A program made the position numbers and the translations under genes. Of a stretch of DNA of 39,742 bases, positions 35,112-39,742 are shown piece by piece; position 1 is the stretch's first letter, and the number at the start of each line of letters is the position of its first letter. The notes below the pieces were generated by a model. The model ran no database searches. It was not told the DNA's origin and saw only the letters and a list, made by a program, of their open reading frames with translations. Origin of the DNA: Treponema sp. (GTDB taxonomy: Bacteria; Spirochaetota; Spirochaetia; Treponematales; Breznakiellaceae); NCBI GenBank assembly GCA_031264395.1, contig JAISEB010000171.1, positions 1 through 39,742 of the forward strand, read 5' to 3'.

Positions 35112-36972
35112 CCACCTTTCTTCCGGCGACGAAACGCCCGAACGGCGCATACGCGTCCTCGGCGTGTTTTTTATCGTTATCTTTGCCGTGTACACGGCGC
35201 GGCTCTTCAGCATGCAGATCCTCCAGGGGGATGTGTACAGGCGGGAGGCCCAGGACATAGCCCGCAGAACCACGGTGATTCCCCCTCAGCGCGGTGAGAT
35301 TTTCGACCGGAATTTCAACAGCCCCCTCGCGCTTAATACCGATTCCTATGCGGTGAACATTACCCCGGCGGAAGTGCCCCGGGGGGAAATGCCCGCGCTG
35401 CTTGAAAGAGTCGGCGCCATCATCGGCGTATCCCGGTCCGATCTGGAAAACAGGCTTCCCGCGCAGTCAAATTCCTCCTACCAGCCGGTTGAGCTCGCGG
35501 TAAACGTTCCCTACGCCGCCGTCGCCGCGCTTGCCGAAAACGCCGACACCCTGCGGGGAATCTCATGGCAGAGCAAGCCCCTTCGCACCTACGCGGACGC
35601 GGGAAGCCTTTCCCATATACTGGGTTATGTCGGGGACATCACGAGGGACGAGCTTACCATGCTGTACAACAGGGGATACCAGGCGGGGGACGTAATAGGC
35701 AAGGCGGGAATAGAAAGGCAGTACGATGAAATCCTGCGGGGAAAAGAAGGCAGGGAAGTCCGCACCGTGGATGTCCGGGGACGGCGCGTTTCCAGTGAGG
35801 AGCAGAACCTGAGGACTCCCCCCGAAATGGGAAAGAACCTTGTGCTGACCATAGACCGGGACATACAGACGCTTGCCGAAAAGGCGCTGGGCGCGCGCAT
35901 GGGATCTGTTGTGGTGATGCGCCCGTCGGGCGAGATCCTCGCCATGGTATCCTATCCCTGGTACGATCCCAACCTTTTTAACCGGGGCGGCATGTCCGCC
36001 GAATACCAGGCGCTGATAAACGATCCCAACAAGCCCTTCCTCAACAGGGCCATACAGTCCAACTATCCCCCGGCTTCCACCTTCAAGGTTGTCATGACCA
36101 CCGGCATACTGGCGGAAAATGTCATTTCCCCGGAACAGACCGTCAACTGCCAGGGGGAATTTTCCTACGGGGAAAGGCTCTGGCGCTGTCACATACGAAG
36201 GCCCGGCCACGGCCGCCTTAACCTCCGCCAGGCCATGGCCCAATCCTGCGACATCTACTACTGGGTAGTGGGACGGGATTATCTGGGGGTGGATCGCATC
36301 ATTTCCTACGCGAAGGAATACGGCTTTGGTGAAAATACCGGCGTCGATCTTCCCGGTGAAATATCCGGCATTGTTCCCACTCCCGAGTGGAAGGAAACGC
36401 GCATCCACGAGAAGTGGCTGGGGGGAGATACCATGAACATGTCCATAGGCCAGGGGTACACCCTCGTTACCCCCATACAGATGGCGTGCATGGTGGGCAT
36501 GGTGCTGAACAACGGGACAATGTACAAGCCGCACATTCTCAAGGAAGTGCGGGACCCCGTCTCGGGGGCGGTGGAGCGGAGCGTACGGCCGGAAGTGATC
36601 CGCACGAGCGGCATAGACGCCGCCGTGTTTGAACAGGTAAAGCGGGACATGCGCGGGGTCATCAGCGGGGGAACCGCCCAGTTTCCCCTTAACATCAAAA
36701 CGGTGGAGGTAGCCGGAAAAACGGGAACCGGGGAAGTGGGCCTCCAGGACCGCTGGCATTCCTGGTTCGCCGCCTACGCTCCCTATACCGGCAGCCCCGA
36801 TGAGCAGGTCATCGTTTCCGTCATCGTGGAGGCGTCGAACAGATGGGAATGGTGGGCGCCCTACGCCTCGGCCATCATTTTTCAGGGTATCTTCGCGGGG
36901 CAAAGCTACGAGGAGGCCGTCCAGTCCCTTGGTTTCCAGTACCTCATGACGGTGCAGGGGAGAAGGGAATGA
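35098..36972 (+). CDS. mrdA: Penicillin-binding protein 2 (elongasome transpeptidase)
   Basis: N-terminal TM segment, RG.I.DRN, and the SxxK motif STFK. SCD (SxN/D-like) and KTGTGE (KTG) are also present. It overlaps mreD by 14 nt. Confidence 0.9.
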   Translation: MPPLNHLSSGDETPERRIRVLGVFFIVIFAVYTARLFSMQILQGDVYRREAQDIARRTTVIPPQRGEIFDRNFNSPLALNTDSYAVNITPAEVPRGEMPALLERVGAIIGVSRSDLENRLPAQSNSSYQPVELAVNVPYAAVAALAENADTLRGISWQSKPLRTYADAGSLSHILGYVGDITRDELTMLYNRGYQAGDVIGKAGIERQYDEILRGKEGREVRTVDVRGRRVSSEEQNLRTPPEMGKNLVLTIDRDIQTLAEKALGARMGSVVVMRPSGEILAMVSYPWYDPNLFNRGGMSAEYQALINDPNKPFLNRAIQSNYPPASTFKVVMTTGILAENVISPEQTVNCQGEFSYGERLWRCHIRRPGHGRLNLRQAMAQSCDIYYWVVGRDYLGVDRIISYAKEYGFGENTGVDLPGEISGIVPTPEWKETRIHEKWLGGDTMNMSIGQGYTLVTPIQMACMVGMVLNNGTMYKPHILKEVRDPVSGAVERSVRPEVIRTSGIDAAVFEQVKRDMRGVISGGTAQFPLNIKTVEVAGKTGTGEVGLQDRWHSWFAAYAPYTGSPDEQVIVSVIVEASNRWEWWAPYASAIIFQGIFAGQSYEEAVQSLGFQYLMTVQGRRE

Positions 36973-38279
36973 GGGCGAGGGATCTTCTTGAAATTGATTT
37001 TCCGCTTGTCTTCGCGGCGGTCATTCTTTCGGTATTCGGCATACTGTTTATCTATTCGTCGGGCATTACTTCCACGGGCCTTCTTGTGTCAAGCGAATAC
37101 AAAAGGCAGATCATCTGGGCGGGAGGCGGGCTTGTCATTGCCCTTGCCTCGGCGCTGATCGACTACAAACGCATCGTGAATATTTCCTTCTACCTGTATC
37201 TGGGAATCCTTGCCCTTCTTGTTTACACCTGCGTTTTCGGCCGCCTGGTAAAAGGCGCGCGGGCCTGGATAGGCTTCGGGGGCTTCGGCATACAGCCGTC
37301 CGAATTTGCCAAGATCATCGTCATCCTCTTTCTTTCAAAGTACCTGGGCGATACACGGCGTTCGGCCGGGATCTTTTCGCGCTTTGTTGTCTCCTGCCTT
37401 ATCGTGTTTATTCCCATGGGCATCATCATTCTGCAGCCCGATTTCGGCACTTCCCTTGTGTTTATTCCCATACTCTTTGTCATGACCTTTGTCGCCGGAA
37501 TCTCCGCCAGGTACATCATTTTTTTGGGCGCCTGCATAGCCCTTACGGGTTTTCTGATAGTCCTTCCCCTCTGGCAGAGTTATATACTGCGGAATTCCCT
37601 GCCGGCCCTCGCGGTGCTGACCGACAGCCGCTTCATACTGGCCGCGGCGCTGGGTATAGGCGCGGCGGGGGCGGTGGCCTTTTTCGGCTTTATCCGCTAC
37701 GGGAAACGCTACTTTTTCTGGATAGTGTATACGGCGGGAATCGTCGTCCTTTCCCTTACCGCCTCCGCCGCAGCCCGGAAGATGCTCAGGGAATATATGC
37801 TCATGCGGCTTATCGTTTTCCTTGATCCCGGCGTGGATCCCCTGGGGGCCGGCTGGCATATCATACAGTCCATGACCGCCATAGGCTCAGGCGGGCTTAC
37901 GGGAAAGGGCTACCTTCAGGGTACCCAGAGCCACTACCGTTTTCTTCCCGAACAGAGTACGGATTTTATCTTTTCCATTTTTACCGAGGAATGGGGCTTC
38001 TTCGGCGGATTTCTTGTTTTCGCCCTTTTTCTTGTTATTTCCCTCAGGCTCATCCGCACCATGAGGATCACCCTTGACCATTCGGGCCGTTACATCTGCG
38101 CCGGACTTTCGGCCATGTACATCTTTCATTTTCTTGTTAATGTGGGAATGACCATGGGGATCATGCCCATAACGGGAATTCCCCTTCATTTTATGTCCTA
38201 CGGAGGTTCCTCCGTCCTTTCCGCCATGATTGGAATAGGCCTTGCCCTGAGTGTTCACGTCCGAAGGTACAGCCGTTAA
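36969..38279 (+). CDS. rodA: SEDS-family peptidoglycan polymerase RodA
   Basis: FtsW/RodA/SpoVE signatures QPSEFAKI, LPEQSTDFIFS and PLHFMSYGGSS. ATG 36969 overlaps the mrdA stop (ATGA). Confidence 0.9.
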   Translation: MRARDLLEIDFPLVFAAVILSVFGILFIYSSGITSTGLLVSSEYKRQIIWAGGGLVIALASALIDYKRIVNISFYLYLGILALLVYTCVFGRLVKGARAWIGFGGFGIQPSEFAKIIVILFLSKYLGDTRRSAGIFSRFVVSCLIVFIPMGIIILQPDFGTSLVFIPILFVMTFVAGISARYIIFLGACIALTGFLIVLPLWQSYILRNSLPALAVLTDSRFILAAALGIGAAGAVAFFGFIRYGKRYFFWIVYTAGIVVLSLTASAAARKMLREYMLMRLIVFLDPGVDPLGAGWHIIQSMTAIGSGGLTGKGYLQGTQSHYRFLPEQSTDFIFSIFTEEWGFFGGFLVFALFLVISLRLIRTMRITLDHSGRYICAGLSAMYIFHFLVNVGMTMGIMPITGIPLHFMSYGGSSVLSAMIGIGLALSVHVRRYSR

Positions 38280-38282
38280 GGT

Positions 38283-39742
38283 ATGGTCCGGTATATAGAT
38301 CCCCTTGCCGACATCGGGGAGGCGCTGCTTTCCGTGGAAAAGCCCGCCCGCTATTCGGGCGGGGAGTACGGAAGGCTCGCGAAAAAAGACGCCGTACTCC
38401 GCATGCTTGTCGCCTTTCCGGATCTCTACGAAATAGGCATGTCCAACCAGGCGTTCCGCATACTTTACAACCGCCTCAACGGCATACCGGGCATTTCCTG
38501 CGACCGGGCATTTGCCCCCGCCGCCGATTTTGAACAATTGCTCAGGGAAAAAGGGCTGCCCCTGTACGGTCTTGACACGGGGATAAGCGCCGGCCATACC
38601 CACGTTCTCATGTTTACCCTGGGCTATGAACTGGGAATCACCGAAGTTCTTGCCATGCTGGATGTTTCTTCCATTCCCGTTCACTCGGAAGAAAGGAAAG
38701 AGGAAGATCCCCTGGTGATCATGGGGGGCTGCTGCGTTTCAAACCCGCTTCCCTACGCGGCCTTTGCCGACGCGTTCTGGATAGGCGAAGCCGAAGCGGG
38801 TTTTTTTGAACTTGCCTCGGAGCTGCTTGAATTGAAAAAAAAGGAGGAGGGGAGGGGGGCCCTTCTTGAAAAGATCGCCTGTCATCCTTCGGTCTGGGTA
38901 AGGGGAAAGAAAAAAGCCGTCCGCGCCGTTGACGCTGCCTTCGCCTCCCGGCCGCCCCTTCCCGCGATCTTTCCCGTAGCCGGCATGAGGGTGGTGCAGC
39001 AGCACGGCGCGGTGGAGATCATGCGGGGGTGCCCGAACGGATGCCGTTTTTGCCACGCGGGGTTCTGGTACCGGCCCATGCGGCAGAAGCCGCTTGATGT
39101 TGTAATAAAGGAGGCGGAGGCTTTTGTAGAGCAGGGCGGGTACCGCGAGATCAGCCTTTATTCCCTTTCAAGCGGGGATTACCGGCATATCGACGCGCTT
39201 GCCGCCTCTCTTGACCGGCGTTTTTCCGGCCGCCACATTTCCTTTCAGCTTCCCTCTCTTAAAATCTCGGGGTTTTCCCTTTCTCTCCTGGAAAAAATTT
39301 CCCGGGTGCGAAAAAGCGGCCTTGCCTTTGCCGTTGAAACCCCCAGTGACGAATGGCAGAATTCGATTAACAAGCGGGTTCCGCTTGACGATGTAAGCGC
39401 CATTCTTTGCGAGGCGAAAAAAAACGGCTGGCGCGGGGCGAAATTTTACTTTATGGTGGGCCTTCCCCCGGCCGGGGACGGCGAAGCGCCGCTGATAGCC
39501 GACTTTATCGCCGGGATAGGACGGCGTACCGGGACCCGCTGTACCGTTTCCCTTGGAATCTTTGTCCCCAAGCCCCACACTCCCTACCAATGGGCTGACC
39601 AGCTGGACCCCGAAGAGGCCCGCCGCCGCTGCGAGTACATACGGGCGCGCCTCGCGCCGCTTGGGCACAAGGTAAACATGCCCGATCCCCTGACTTCCGT
39701 CATCGAGGGGATTATCAGCCGGGGAGACGCCGGCGCGGGGAC
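38283..39742 (+). CDS. Radical SAM protein of the uncharacterised TIGR03960-like family (B12-binding-like N-domain), 3' end cut by the window
   Basis: This ORF is not in the supplied track because it has no stop in the window. My own translation gives MVRYIDPLADIGEALLSVEKPARYSGGEYG..VAFPDLYEIGMSNQAFRILY..IMRGCPNGCRFCHAGFWYRP (CxxxCxxC). The ATG lies 4 nt after the rodA stop. Confidence 0.8.
   Translation, partial: MVRYIDPLADIGEALLSVEKPARYSGGEYGRLAKKDAVLRMLVAFPDLYEIGMSNQAFRILYNRLNGIPGISCDRAFAPAADFEQLLREKGLPLYGLDTGISAGHTHVLMFTLGYELGITEVLAMLDVSSIPVHSEERKEEDPLVIMGGCCVSNPLPYAAFADAFWIGEAEAGFFELASELLELKKKEEGRGALLEKIACHPSVWVRGKKKAVRAVDAAFASRPPLPAIFPVAGMRVVQQHGAVEIMRGCPNGCRFCHAGFWYRPMRQKPLDVVIKEAEAFVEQGGYREISLYSLSSGDYRHIDALAASLDRRFSGRHISFQLPSLKISGFSLSLLEKISRVRKSGLAFAVETPSDEWQNSINKRVPLDDVSAILCEAKKNGWRGAKFYFMVGLPPAGDGEAPLIADFIAGIGRRTGTRCTVSLGIFVPKPHTPYQWADQLDPEEARRRCEYIRARLAPLGHKVNMPDPLTSVIEGIISRGDAGAG

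Noticed and set aside
35563-36903. 446-aa minus-strand ORF antisense to mrdA
   Set aside because: Same reasoning: the plus-strand frame carries the SxxK/KTG motifs of PBP2, and the antisense product is low-complexity with no motifs.
38843-38859. G-rich run GGAGGAGGGGAGGGGGG, considered as a possible G-quadruplex or internal SD
   Set aside because: It is in frame within the radical SAM gene (KKEEGRG), has too few separated G-tracts for a stable G4, and no ORF starts downstream.
1-39742. Whole-window scan for CRISPR repeats, tRNA/tmRNA, IS ends or transposases, integrases, toxin-antitoxin pairs, restriction-modification or other defence genes, and DGR/retron reverse transcriptases
   Set aside because: None was found. 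Every ORF over 100 aa that is not a shadow has a housekeeping, envelope or carbohydrate assignment. The only non-coding gap over 200 nt other than rnpB is 2942-3189, which is reported as a finding.

Overview
This is a 39.7-kb chromosomal segment, probably from a Treponema-like spirochaete. That assignment is an inference from an outer-membrane protein resembling the treponemal UPF0164/FadL-like family (with a TPR-like C-terminal tail) and from gene content and order; I cannot verify it here. The window has three blocks. (i) 1-7.7 kb is a glycan-utilisation accessory locus with lower, variable GC. It holds a sugar ABC permease, a GH115-like hydrolase, a truncated nucleotidyltransferase remnant, a very AT-rich PocR-AraC regulator divergent from a GH42 beta-galactosidase, and a MATE exporter. 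(ii) 7.7-23.8 kb mixes housekeeping and envelope genes: cdd, an HTH-EIIA fusion, a transglutaminase-like secreted protein, an RluA-family synthase, DUF4912 plus a GH57 branching enzyme, and the FadL-like OMP. It also holds a translationally coupled pair of giant proteins (a 1035-aa secreted TPR protein and a 1538-aa BNR-propeller/3-TM/HAMP/PP2C sensor phosphatase) and a small coiled-coil protein coupled to a NahK-like kinase. (iii) 23.8-39.7 kb is one uninterrupted plus-strand cluster: YkgJ-like, MBL hydrolase, mltG, dnaG, rpoD, COG1579 zinc ribbon, rnpB, a TPR protein, mreBCD, mrdA, rodA and a radical SAM gene, with several 1-14 nt stop/start overlaps. The only RNA gene I can support is an unusually long (~567 nt) type-A RNase P RNA. 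I see no CRISPR array, tRNA/rRNA, transposase/integrase, prophage or recognisable defence genes. Most of the window is ordinary core genome. The best candidate for something undescribed is the OMP / TPR / dual-sensor PP2C module at 13.1-22.3 kb, and that rests only on domain architecture and gene coupling. All family calls come from motif recognition by eye; no searches or computations were run.
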